Shown piece by piece: positions 32,203 to 41,986 of a DNA stretch of 64,000 nt. The DNA is from an uncultured Clostridia bacterium. GTDB lineage: Bacteria; Bacillota; Clostridia; TANB77; CAG-508. The position numbers and the translations under genes were made by a program. The notes under the pieces are model-generated. The model was not told the DNA's origin. It was given only the letters and a program-made list of their open reading frames with translations, and did no database searches. The stretch covers positions 3,198 to 67,197 of the forward strand of contig CANRKJ010000006.1 of assembly GCA_947631185.1 (NCBI GenBank), given 5' to 3'. Position 1 is the stretch's first letter; every line of letters starts with the position of its first letter.

Positions 32203-32883
32203 TGGGGAGCAACGTGAAAAAGTTTATTTAGTGGATTTGGATTTTACTCTCACATCTCAAATTTAACTTGTAGAGTTACAATTTTTTTGTGGATTTTTTT
32301 ATATTTATACTTATATATGTTACTTAAAAATAATCGGATTAACTGTTAATTTTTTTTATTAAATTTGTAAAAATTTTAAGTCTTTTCCTTCCTTTATATT
32401 CTTCAAAACATTCTATTTTTTGTTTGATAATATTCATATTTTATTATGAGACTTTTCTCGTTTAAATAAATAACTGACTTCATAGCCAGATTTTATGATA
32501 TTGCAATTATCTTCGTCAAAATAGTATGCTATATCTTTTTTGAAATTTTTATGATTATATTTTATTGGTACAACATAATTTCCACTATTTTTATTACTGC
32601 TATATTAGATTTTTGTGTATTTAAGGTAGCCCATGTACAAATTGTTACTTTTATATCTAATTGTTATATTACGATGGGTATTGTTGGAATTTCATTAGTT
32701 TCTTTCACTAATCGTATCTTGTTCTATACACATTCTATAATTTATATTTACATTTTCTTTTTTTACTTCTTTAATATATCTAATTCAACATATTTTATCT
32801 TCATACTTTTTCATGTGTACTTTTTTTATATAATAAATATGTTATTGATATTTTTCAATCAATATTTGCGTTTTTTTATACTG

Positions 32884-32938
32884 ATCAGATTATTTATAGT
32901 ATTGACAATTTAGTCAAGCATATATAAAATAATTATAG
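32884..32938 (+). promoter_or_regulatory. CRISPR leader/promoter, copy 1
   Basis: TTGACA(32902)-17-TAAAAT(32925); 53/55 identical to 41814-41868. Confidence 0.85.
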
Positions 32939-33503
32939 GTTTTAGAGTACTGTAAATCTTTGATAATGTAAAACATTCCACAAGCAATCACCTCTAACAA
33001 CTGTGTTTTAGAGTACTGTAAATCTTTGATAATGTAAAACAGTCATAAATGATACATTTGTGCCTCTTCTGTTTTAGAGTACTGTAAATCTTTGATAATG
33101 TAAAACCACCACCTACACCAGATACCGCAGGATCAGAGTTTTAGAGTACTGTAAATCTTTGATAATGTAAAACAATTTAGTAAATTTGAAGCTTGGATTG
33201 ATAGTTTTAGAGTACTGTAAATCTTTGATAATGTAAAACACATATTGTTATAGCATGTGTGCTTGAACTGTTTTAGAGTACTGTAAATCTTTGATAATGT
33301 AAAACGGTTTATTATCTTTTATTGCAATAAGATCAGTTTTAGAGTACTGTAAATCTTTGATAATGTAAAACTAATTTGTCATTACATATAATTTGTTTTA
33401 CGTTTTAGAGTACTGTAAATCTTTGATAATGTAAAACAACTGCTGATACTTTAAATCTTCCTACACCGTTTTAGTGTACTGTAAGTCTTTAATAATGTAA
33501 AAT
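32939..33503 (+). CRISPR. Type II CRISPR array: 9 repeats, 8 spacers
   Basis: 36-bp repeat GTTTTAGAGTACTGTAAATCTTTGATAATGTAAAAC; 30-31 bp spacers; last repeat degenerate. Confidence 0.98.
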
Positions 33504-33556
33504 GGAGCTAATCCGTTAAGTTCACAATGTGGACTTTTAGTGAACGGATTAACTCC
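33504..33556. other. Structured array trailer (nested hairpins)
   Basis: ggagctaatccgtt...aacggattaactcc enclosing aagttcac-aat-gtggactt. Confidence 0.7.
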
Positions 33557-33563
33557 TAATATA

Positions 33564-33592
33564 AGTATAACATTAAATAAAAAAAATGTAAA
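33564..33592 (-). promoter_or_regulatory. Antisense promoter pointing into the array
   Basis: Minus strand TTTACA-17-TATACT with extended TGn. Confidence 0.55.
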
Positions 33593-33728
33593 TACCTCTA
33601 AATATTTTATCAGGATAAAAAAATATTATTTTTTTATCCTGATTTTTTCAATATTGGTATTCAAATAAGTACTATATTGTGATATAATCGTTGAGAAAAT
33701 TGATAATTGAATTTCCAAGGAGAAAAAT

Positions 33729-34577
33729 ATGGGTGAGCTATGGGATATATATGATATTAATAGAAATAAAATTGGTAGGACAGCGGAAAGAAATGTGTAT
33801 CAATTCAAAAAGGGAGAGTATCATATTGTAGTAACAGGAATAATAATGAATTCAAAAAATGAAATTTTAATAAGTAAAAGGGCTGAATACAAAAAATTTG
33901 GATTGATGTGGGAATGTAATGGTGGTTCAATACTAGCAGGAGAAACTAGTTTAGAAGGAATTATTAGAGAAATAAAGGAAGAATTGGGAATTGAATTTTC
34001 TAAGAAGGAAGCAATATTTTTAAAAGAAATAAGAAGCGATAAAACTCCATCAGATTTTAAAGACTTATGGCTATTTAGAAAAGATATAGATTTAAAAGAT
34101 ATAACTTTTCCGGATGGAGAAGCAATTGATGCGAAATGGGTTAATATAAATGAGTTTATGGAAATGTATGAAAATAAAGATATTGTTCCTACAGTTGATT
34201 TTGGATTAGATGAATATAATAAAGCAATAAACTTAAAACAAATAGAATCATATAAATATATTGGAAATATTGTTCAAGTTAAAGTAGATAGACCAATAGG
34301 AAGTAAGCATCCAAAATATGGTTTTTCATATTTAATTAATTATGGATTTGTTCCTAATACAATTAGTGGTGATGGAGAGGAATTAGATTGTTATATTTTA
34401 GGGATAGATAAAGCTGTAGAAAATTTTAAAGGAAAATGCATAGCGGTAATACATAGAAAAGATGATAATGATGATAAATTAATTGTTGTACCAGAAGAAA
34501 ATAATTATACAGATGAAGAAATAAGAAAGTTAACTAATTTTCAAGAACAATACTTTGAAAGTGAAATTATAAGATGA
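33729..34577 (+). CDS. NUDIX hydrolase fused to an inorganic pyrophosphatase-like domain
   Basis: GGSILAGETSLEGIIREIKEELG Nudix box; DRPIGSKHP, NYGF, DGEELDCY, DDKL. Confidence 0.85.
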   Translation: MGELWDIYDINRNKIGRTAERNVYQFKKGEYHIVVTGIIMNSKNEILISKRAEYKKFGLMWECNGGSILAGETSLEGIIREIKEELGIEFSKKEAIFLKEIRSDKTPSDFKDLWLFRKDIDLKDITFPDGEAIDAKWVNINEFMEMYENKDIVPTVDFGLDEYNKAINLKQIESYKYIGNIVQVKVDRPIGSKHPKYGFSYLINYGFVPNTISGDGEELDCYILGIDKAVENFKGKCIAVIHRKDDNDDKLIVVPEENNYTDEEIRKLTNFQEQYFESEIIR

Positions 34578-34688
34578 ATAAAATATGTTTAAAAATAACT
34601 ATGAAAGTATTTGAATAAAGAAGAGAAGTGTTCTTTAATTATAAAAAATTGTTAATTTTGATATTTTTTTGAAAGGAATTATAGTAAG

Positions 34689-36272
34689 ATGAGTATTTTA
34701 AATAGTGCAAGTGGTAAGTCTGTTTATAGGGGATATAACTACTATAAAGAAGGAAATGTAAAAAAATGTACTCAATTATCAGAGTTTGAATTTGAAGGAG
34801 AAGTACAAGGTTCAAATATAAAACCATATTATGTAACTATCAATACCAAACATCCAAAAAAGTCATTTTGTGATTGCCCTTTTGCAAATGGAAATACCAT
34901 TTGCAAACATATGGTAGCACTATTTTTTGCAGTTTCTCCAGAAGATTTTTCTGACTATGAAGTTTGGATAGAAAATGAATATGAAGAATATGATGAAGAT
35001 GAAGAAGATTACGATGATTATTACGACGAATATGATAGAAGAGATGATTATAATGGATATAAAAGTAATTTTGAAAGACCAATTTTTTTTGATGAAATAT
35101 TATTGAACTTTGTAAATAATTTATCCCAGGATAAACTAAAAGAAATTTTATTGGATGAACTTAAAAAAAATGAAGAATATACATTAAACAAATATCTTAA
35201 AAATGAAGTTCAAAAATATTGTGAGGATAAAGATGATATAAAATCTATATTAGACAAAATAAATAAAAAATTTTATAGATTTTCACATGATTATGATTAC
35301 AATAATAAAGATTATACAGAAAATTTATTAACCCAGATTGAAAAAGAAAAAATTTCAAATACATATATAAATAACATACAAATGAAAAACATTATAGATA
35401 AAGTGATATTGAATCCTGAACTAGCTACATATGACGATTATAACTGGATTGCTACATTATACAAAAGTAATAATTCGAAAAAAAATGTCCAAGCATATAT
35501 AGAAAAATTAACATCATTTTTTGATACATTGAAGCATTATAGTATAAAAAATACAATTCCAAAATCAAATGTATTAATAACAATATATTTACTAAATGAC
35601 TATAATTTACAAGAAACAGCACAATCATTAGTAAAAAATTGCAAATATAAAGAATATGTTGATTATATACTACAAAACTGTAATGATATGAACGAATTAT
35701 ATAAACAATTTAATAAAATTGTAGAAAATGAAAAATATATAAATAAAGAATATATACCAAATATATATTATAATTTTTATCTTAATTTATTAAATGATGA
35801 TATATATGACAAATATGCATATTACAGTTTTCAACATAATAAAAAAATGTTATACTTATTTGATTTAAAAAAATCATCTAATTTTAATTATTACATAGAT
35901 AAATTAATGAAAAATACTAAAGATGTAATAGCATTAGAAAATATATATCTATTTTTGAATAAAAAAGAAGAATTATTGAATTTATTATTAAATAAAGAAA
36001 ATGAACATAGATTAATTGCTAATATAGACAATTTAAAAGATGAATATAATAACGAAATATTAACATATTTAAAAGCAAGATTTTATGAAGTAGTAGAAAA
36101 TGAAAAAAGTAGAGATAATTATAGAAAAGCTAGCTTTTATGTAAAAGGTATAAGCATGCTAAATAATGGAGAAAGTCTAGTTAATAGCTTAATAAATGAA
36201 TTAAAAATATCAAAATATTCAAAAAGAGTAGCATTATTTGATGAAATTTATCATGCAATTAAGAACAAATAA
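34689..36272 (+). CDS. SWIM zinc finger protein
   Basis: CDCPFANGNTICKH, followed by an acidic tract. Confidence 0.8.
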   Translation: MSILNSASGKSVYRGYNYYKEGNVKKCTQLSEFEFEGEVQGSNIKPYYVTINTKHPKKSFCDCPFANGNTICKHMVALFFAVSPEDFSDYEVWIENEYEEYDEDEEDYDDYYDEYDRRDDYNGYKSNFERPIFFDEILLNFVNNLSQDKLKEILLDELKKNEEYTLNKYLKNEVQKYCEDKDDIKSILDKINKKFYRFSHDYDYNNKDYTENLLTQIEKEKISNTYINNIQMKNIIDKVILNPELATYDDYNWIATLYKSNNSKKNVQAYIEKLTSFFDTLKHYSIKNTIPKSNVLITIYLLNDYNLQETAQSLVKNCKYKEYVDYILQNCNDMNELYKQFNKIVENEKYINKEYIPNIYYNFYLNLLNDDIYDKYAYYSFQHNKKMLYLFDLKKSSNFNYYIDKLMKNTKDVIALENIYLFLNKKEELLNLLLNKENEHRLIANIDNLKDEYNNEILTYLKARFYEVVENEKSRDNYRKASFYVKGISMLNNGESLVNSLINELKISKYSKRVALFDEIYHAIKNK

Positions 36273-36403
36273 GGTGTAAATTGTGAAAAAAATAATTTTT
36301 GTAATAATAAATATAATAGTGGTGCTATATACTTACAATTAAAAATAGGTAAATTATATGTATATAATTGTGATAAAAATATAGATAAATAAGGAGGGCA
36401 AGC

Positions 36404-39400
36404 GTGGGAAAGCTTTCATTTGGAATCGATTTAGGAATTGCATCTTTGGGATGGTCTGTGGTTAATTTAACTGATGATAAAATAATAGATAAAGGAGTTT
36501 ATCTATTTACAGAGGCAAAGAAAGCAAAAGATAGAAGAAATTCAAGAGGTTCACGTAGAAGAAAAAAGAGAAAAAATCATAGATTAGAAAGAATTTATCT
36601 AGTTTTAGAAAACAAAAATATTTTTTTAAAAAATACAGTAGAAGATAATTTATTAGAATCTAGAATAAAAGGACTAAAAGAAAAAATTGAAATGCAGAGT
36701 ATTGTAAATATAATATTTTATTTTGCTAGACATAGAGGATATATTCCTTATAATGATGAAGATGACAAAAAAAGTGAAATAGTAGATAATCTTAGAGAAA
36801 AAGGATATTTTGCATGTGAAATTCAAAAAGAAATTTATGAAAATTATGGTCAATATCGTGGTAATGAATTTTTGATTAAAAATTCAGATTACATAAAAGA
36901 ATTATATAAGATTTTAGAAGAACAGAGCAAATATTATCTAGAAATAGATAGTGATTTTATAAAAGATATTAAAGAAATAATTACATCTAAAAGAAAATTT
37001 TGGGAAGGACCTGGTGGTCCGAGAGAAGATCAATTAAATAAATATGGAAGGTATAAGACAATTGAAGACTTAGAAAATTATAGAAAAGATAGTAACTATC
37101 ATAAATATTTATTTGAACAATTAATTGGAGAATGTAGTGTTTATAAAGGTGAAAAGAAAGCTTCTGCATGGAATTATTATTCAGAATATTTTAATTTCTA
37201 TAATGATATTGTAAATTTAAGAATTAATCGTCAAGATTTAGATGAAACTAATTCAAAATATTTTGAAAAGATTGATTCAGAAATTTATAAATTAAAAAAA
37301 GATTCTATAATGAAATTAAAAGAAGAGGTAGAAAAAAGCAAAATTGTAAATTACCAAACATTATTTAAAAAATTATTCAACGTAGATTTTTCTAACATAT
37401 TTGGATATAAAAAGAATAAAGATGGAAGTCCAGAAATTGCTAAATTTGAAATAATGAAAAGCATAAAAAAATATATTAAAGACGAAATTTTAATTGAAGA
37501 GTTATTAAAAGATATTGATTCATATAATAAAGCAATTTATTATATACAAATATCACCTAGTAAAGAAACTAGATATGAAATTTTAAAAGATAATTTGTCA
37601 AATATATATAGTGAAGAGTTATTAACCATTTTATCTAATTTATCTAATAAGAAATTAAATAATAGATATAGTAGTTTTTCTGAAAAAGCTTTAAAAATTT
37701 ATATAGAATTAATGGAAAAATATAATAATAATTCTTCTTATATTGAAAGAAATTATAATAATGTAATTAAACCAGATGTAGAAGAAAGTTTGATTAAAGA
37801 ATATTTAGGAAAAGATATAGAAAAGGGTGAATTAAAATACATAAATTCAAAGTATGTAGAAAATATTATTGCTTCTCCTGCTACCAAGAAAGCATTAAGA
37901 AAAGCTATAAGTGTATTAAATAAATTATTTTCTAAATACGGATATCCTGAATATATTTGTATAGAAAATACAAGAGAACTATTATCATTAGATAAACAAA
38001 AAGAATATGAAGCTAAAACATTAGATAATAAAATAAAAAGAAAGAATGCTATTAAAAAAATTGAAGAGCAAGGATTTGAAGGAAATGATACTAATATAGA
38101 TAAATATTTATTATTAGATGAAAATGAATTTAAATGTATGTATTGTAATAGGGATATTACAATTGGGAATTGTGAGATTGAACATATATTGCCAATAAGC
38201 AAAACAGCAAATGACACATTTTTAAATAAAACAGTTTCATGTACACAATGTAATAGTAAAAAAAATAATAGAACTCCTTATGAATATTTAATGACAGATA
38301 ATAGATATGAAAGTTTTAAAGAAAGAGTCCTAAAAAATAATAAAATTGCCGAAGAAAAGAAGAAAAACTTATTATTTGAACAAAATATAGATAAATATGA
38401 AAAGAGTTTTAAAAATAGAAATTTAAATGATACTGCATATGCTACTAATGAACTTGCAAATCAATTAAATTTATTTAAAAAAGCATATTTAGCTCATAAT
38501 TTAGGAGAATTTTTGGATTTTAATGTTTTAAGAGTACCTGGGCAATTTACTGGGATAATTAGAAAAAGAAGTAAACTTGAGAAAAATAGAGAATTAAAAT
38601 ATCATCATGCTGTTGATGCAACAATTGTTGCTAATATTCCAAAATTAAAAATAGGTAAGTTAATTAATATGGTTCAAAATGAACCTGATAAATATTGGAA
38701 AATTGATAATCTAAATGAATATAGAGAAAAATTGTATGATGAATTATATTTAACAAAAACAATAAAGGAAGAACTAGAAATAGCAGATTTTTCAAATACT
38801 AGAGTTTTACAGGAAATAGTTAAAAGTAAAAATGGAAAATTATTTGATGCAAATATTCACAAAGTTATTATTAAAAATGGTGATTATTATAAAATTGAAC
38901 AGATAGACAATATATATAATTTATTACCTAAAGATATAGAAAAAAATTTTAATGAAAAAAGATTATTCTTATGCAAAGATAATAATATTGAATTATATGA
39001 CAGATTAATGAATATTGTTAAAATGTATAAGGATAAACAAGTTAATCCTTTTGTAGAATATTGTAATGAAAATAATGTAAAAGAAGGAGAAATGTTTGAT
39101 TATAGAAAGCATGGAATTAGGCAAAGTGATAATCCTAATAGTTCTGTAGTAATTAGATTAAGATATTTAGAAAAAGTAAATATCCCATATATATTAAATA
39201 CTGAAAGATTGCCAAAAAGTAATAAGAAAAACAAAAAGCAAGCTTTATTAATGTATGATACAATAAATTCATATTGTACTAGGGTTTATAAAAATAGAGA
39301 AAATGGTAAATTATATTTTATGCCAATATATAAAATATTTATTGATACTAAAGGAGAAATAAATGAAAATTTACCATATTATAAAACTGTTTTTGATAAT

Positions 39401-39631
39401 TATGTAAATAAAGATTTTTCTATAATTGCAAAATATATGGATATATATAATAATGAATATGTTAGATTTGAAACTAAAAATGGAGAAATATTTGAAGGGT
39501 TAGTTTCAGGTTTTGACAAAACTAACAATAAAATAGAGATAAAAAATTGTTCAAAAAGTATAACATCGAAGACTAAGAATATAGAAAAAATAAAATCTGA
39601 TATTTTAGGTCTTTACAATTTAAACATTTAG
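36404..39631 (+). CDS. cas9: Cas9, compact (1075 aa)
   Basis: RuvC-I GIDLGIAS, Arg-rich bridge helix, RuvC-II IENTRE, HNH CMYC..EIEHILP..CTQCN..K, RuvC-III HHAVDA. Confidence 0.95.
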   Translation: MGKLSFGIDLGIASLGWSVVNLTDDKIIDKGVYLFTEAKKAKDRRNSRGSRRRKKRKNHRLERIYLVLENKNIFLKNTVEDNLLESRIKGLKEKIEMQSIVNIIFYFARHRGYIPYNDEDDKKSEIVDNLREKGYFACEIQKEIYENYGQYRGNEFLIKNSDYIKELYKILEEQSKYYLEIDSDFIKDIKEIITSKRKFWEGPGGPREDQLNKYGRYKTIEDLENYRKDSNYHKYLFEQLIGECSVYKGEKKASAWNYYSEYFNFYNDIVNLRINRQDLDETNSKYFEKIDSEIYKLKKDSIMKLKEEVEKSKIVNYQTLFKKLFNVDFSNIFGYKKNKDGSPEIAKFEIMKSIKKYIKDEILIEELLKDIDSYNKAIYYIQISPSKETRYEILKDNLSNIYSEELLTILSNLSNKKLNNRYSSFSEKALKIYIELMEKYNNNSSYIERNYNNVIKPDVEESLIKEYLGKDIEKGELKYINSKYVENIIASPATKKALRKAISVLNKLFSKYGYPEYICIENTRELLSLDKQKEYEAKTLDNKIKRKNAIKKIEEQGFEGNDTNIDKYLLLDENEFKCMYCNRDITIGNCEIEHILPISKTANDTFLNKTVSCTQCNSKKNNRTPYEYLMTDNRYESFKERVLKNNKIAEEKKKNLLFEQNIDKYEKSFKNRNLNDTAYATNELANQLNLFKKAYLAHNLGEFLDFNVLRVPGQFTGIIRKRSKLEKNRELKYHHAVDATIVANIPKLKIGKLINMVQNEPDKYWKIDNLNEYREKLYDELYLTKTIKEELEIADFSNTRVLQEIVKSKNGKLFDANIHKVIIKNGDYYKIEQIDNIYNLLPKDIEKNFNEKRLFLCKDNNIELYDRLMNIVKMYKDKQVNPFVEYCNENNVKEGEMFDYRKHGIRQSDNPNSSVVIRLRYLEKVNIPYILNTERLPKSNKKNKKQALLMYDTINSYCTRVYKNRENGKLYFMPIYKIFIDTKGEINENLPYYKTVFDNYVNKDFSIIAKYMDIYNNEYVRFETKNGEIFEGLVSGFDKTNNKIEIKNCSKSITSKTKNIEKIKSDILGLYNLNI

Positions 39632-39646
39632 TGGTAATATAATTTT

Positions 39647-39757
39647 GTAATTGTTTACAGTGCAATTATGTTTTACATTATTAAGGATTTACAGTTTCTC
39701 TATTATAAAAGAGAATACTGTACTAAAAGGAGTCTTGAAAAAGACTCTTTTCTTTTT
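39647..39757 (+). ncRNA. Putative tracrRNA (atypical)
   Basis: Anti-repeat 39670-39695 matches 24/26, and both differences are G-U compatible with + strand pre-crRNA; promoter TTTACA-17-TAATAT upstream; terminator gagtctt-gaaa-aagactc-T run. Confidence 0.7.
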
Positions 39758-39767
39758 TTAAAATTGT

Positions 39768-40661
39768 ATGTCTTGGCGTATTGTATATATAACAGATGTA
39801 GATAAATTAAGTTTAAATTTAAATTCTATACAAATTATACATGAGGAACAAAAATATTTTGTAAATTTAAATGAAATTGCGATGTTAGTTATAGAAGACT
39901 ATAAATCTATTATAACTACTAGATTATTAATAGAATTAGCTAAGCAAGGAATACCAGTGCTAATTTTAGCAATGAATAGTATGCCTATTGGTGAATATTT
40001 TCCAATATCTAACAATTCACGAACTTCAAAAAGAATTTCTGAACAAATTGCTTGGAATGAAAATATAAAAAATAAAATATGGACTCAAATTGTAAAAGGA
40101 AAAATTAGTAATCAAATTAATACTTTGAAAAAATTAAATATTTTAGAAAAAATTTCATTGTTAGAAGAAAATATAAAACAAATTAAAAATGGAGATAAGA
40201 CTAATATGGAAGGAATATCTGCTAGAATATATTTTAAAGAATTGTTCGGAAATGAATTTATTAGATTTAATGAAACAATTGAGAATTATTGTTTGAATTT
40301 TAGCTATCATATTATTAGAACAATTATAAGTAAAGAAATAGTAGCAAGAGGATATATTCCTTCAATAGGTATAAATCATAAAAGTCAATATAATGTTTTT
40401 AATTTTGCTGATGATTTGATTGAAGTTTTTAGACCTATAATAGATTATTATGTGTATTTAATTTTAGAAGAAATTCTAAAAAGTGAAACTTTTGAATTAA
40501 ATAAATCAATAAAAATAAAATTAATAGATATCATAAATAATAAAATTGAATATAAAGGTAAAGAATTTTTAATTATAAATGCAATACCACAATATATAAA
40601 TGATGTTGTAAATTTCATTAATGAAAAGAATGATAGTTTTGAAATTCCTAAATTATTATGA
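39768..40661 (+). CDS. cas1: Cas1 (type II)
   Basis: MSWRIVYI, NMEGISARIYF, GINHKSQYNVFNFADDLIEVFRP. Confidence 0.95.
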   Translation: MSWRIVYITDVDKLSLNLNSIQIIHEEQKYFVNLNEIAMLVIEDYKSIITTRLLIELAKQGIPVLILAMNSMPIGEYFPISNNSRTSKRISEQIAWNENIKNKIWTQIVKGKISNQINTLKKLNILEKISLLEENIKQIKNGDKTNMEGISARIYFKELFGNEFIRFNETIENYCLNFSYHIIRTIISKEIVARGYIPSIGINHKSQYNVFNFADDLIEVFRPIIDYYVYLILEEILKSETFELNKSIKIKLIDIINNKIEYKGKEFLIINAIPQYINDVVNFINEKNDSFEIPKLL

Positions 40662-40990
40662 GTGAATCTTTATATAAGCAAGTGAGAGTTTTAATTTTGT
40701 ATGATTTACCAATGGTAGAAATAGAAGATAGAAAAGAGTATACTAAATTTAGAAGAGATATTTTAAAACTTGGATGTTATCTTGTTCAATTTTCTGTTTA
40801 TGCTAAGGTAATAAAAAATGAAATTTATTATAAATCATTTATATCTAAATTAAAAAAGATTTTACCAACGAAAGGCGAAATAAGAGTAATTAAAATAACA
40901 GAGAAACAATATGAAGATATGATTTTTCTTAATGGATCTAAAAATAATTATGAAAAAAGAATTTCAAATGATAATTTGGTGGTATTTTAA
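40658..40990 (+). CDS. cas2: Cas2
   Basis: LILYDLP, QFSVYAK, ITEKQY. Confidence 0.95.
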   Translation: MSESLYKQVRVLILYDLPMVEIEDRKEYTKFRRDILKLGCYLVQFSVYAKVIKNEIYYKSFISKLKKILPTKGEIRVIKITEKQYEDMIFLNGSKNNYEKRISNDNLVVF

Positions 40991-41829
40991 TGTATTATTT
41001 AAATTATGATAATGAAAATTTGTTTTTAGAACAACATAATAAAATTATTCTTATTAGTTATATAAATTTTTATTATTTTATGAAAAAATTAAAAGAAATG
41101 AACAAAATAGAATTGAATGGTTTAAGATTAACAACTAAAAATACTTTAATAATTGATTTAACATCAATATCTCCGTTAATAAATATATTTAATAGTAATA
41201 ATAATATTATAGTAGATTCATATGTAAAAATAAAACTTAATAATTTAGTTATTAATCAGGAAGATGATGAAATTTTAAAAAATATTATAAATAAGTATTT
41301 GGAAAACACTTTTGAAAGCAAATTTGATGATATTGATATTGATTATATAAAACTTTTTAAAGCATATTCTAATTTAAATATTGAAAATGAAAAGATATTT
41401 TTTAAAATGCTTTATTCAATAATAAATAGTGATGAATATGAAGAGGTTATTATATTTTATAAAAAAAGTATAATAAATGAATTTAAATTACAAAATATAG
41501 AAGAGATAGATAATAAAAAAGTTATTTTATTTGAAATATGCGATAAAAACAGTAAATTAGAGACAAATGATAATATTTTAATATTTGATAAAGAAATTAC
41601 ACAGTTAAGAGTAGATGAGTTATTTGATTTGATTATAAAAAAAAGTAAGAAATATGATATAAAAAATAAAGATACTTATATTTATTTAATAAATAAAATA
41701 ATATTTTATGCAATTAATGGAAAAGAGGTTGATTTAATGAAAAAATATGAAAATGAGATTAGCGAATTAACAGAAATTTTGAATAAAGAATTTAAACTTA
41801 AATTTACAGATACATCAGATTATTTATAG
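40990..41829 (+). CDS. Divergent Csn2-like protein (assigned by position)
   Basis: Translationally coupled to cas2 and directly before the leader; no motif recognised. Confidence 0.5.
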   Translation: MYYLNYDNENLFLEQHNKIILISYINFYYFMKKLKEMNKIELNGLRLTTKNTLIIDLTSISPLINIFNSNNNIIVDSYVKIKLNNLVINQEDDEILKNIINKYLENTFESKFDDIDIDYIKLFKAYSNLNIENEKIFFKMLYSIINSDEYEEVIIFYKKSIINEFKLQNIEEIDNKKVILFEICDKNSKLETNDNILIFDKEITQLRVDELFDLIIKKSKKYDIKNKDTYIYLINKIIFYAINGKEVDLMKKYENEISELTEILNKEFKLKFTDTSDYL

Positions 41830-41868
41830 TATTGACAATTTAGTTAAGCATAGATAAAATAATTATAG
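41814..41868 (+). promoter_or_regulatory. CRISPR leader/promoter, copy 2 (native position)
   Basis: Overlaps the csn2-like stop codon; TTGACA-17-TAAAAT. Confidence 0.85.
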
Positions 41869-41966
41869 GTTTTAGAGTACTGTAAATCTTTAATAATGTA
41901 AAACTGAACTCCCATCAGTTTGTTATTTACTCTCGTTTTAGAGTACTGTAAATTATTGATAATGTA
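41869..41966 (+). CRISPR. Mini-array: 2 repeats, 1 spacer
   Basis: Repeat 41869-41904, spacer tgaactcccatcagtttgttatttactctc, degenerate truncated repeat from 41935. Confidence 0.9.
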
Positions 41967-41986
41967 GGGGCGCTCATTGGGCGCCC
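41964..41986 (+). repeat. GTAG-type REP-like palindrome
   Basis: GTAG-GGGCGC-tcattgg-GCGCCC. Confidence 0.55.

Noticed and set aside
32551-32913. Hydrophobic 120-aa ORF before the array
   Set aside because: No RBS; the Phe/Ile-rich composition is typical of the antisense of decayed AT-rich coding DNA
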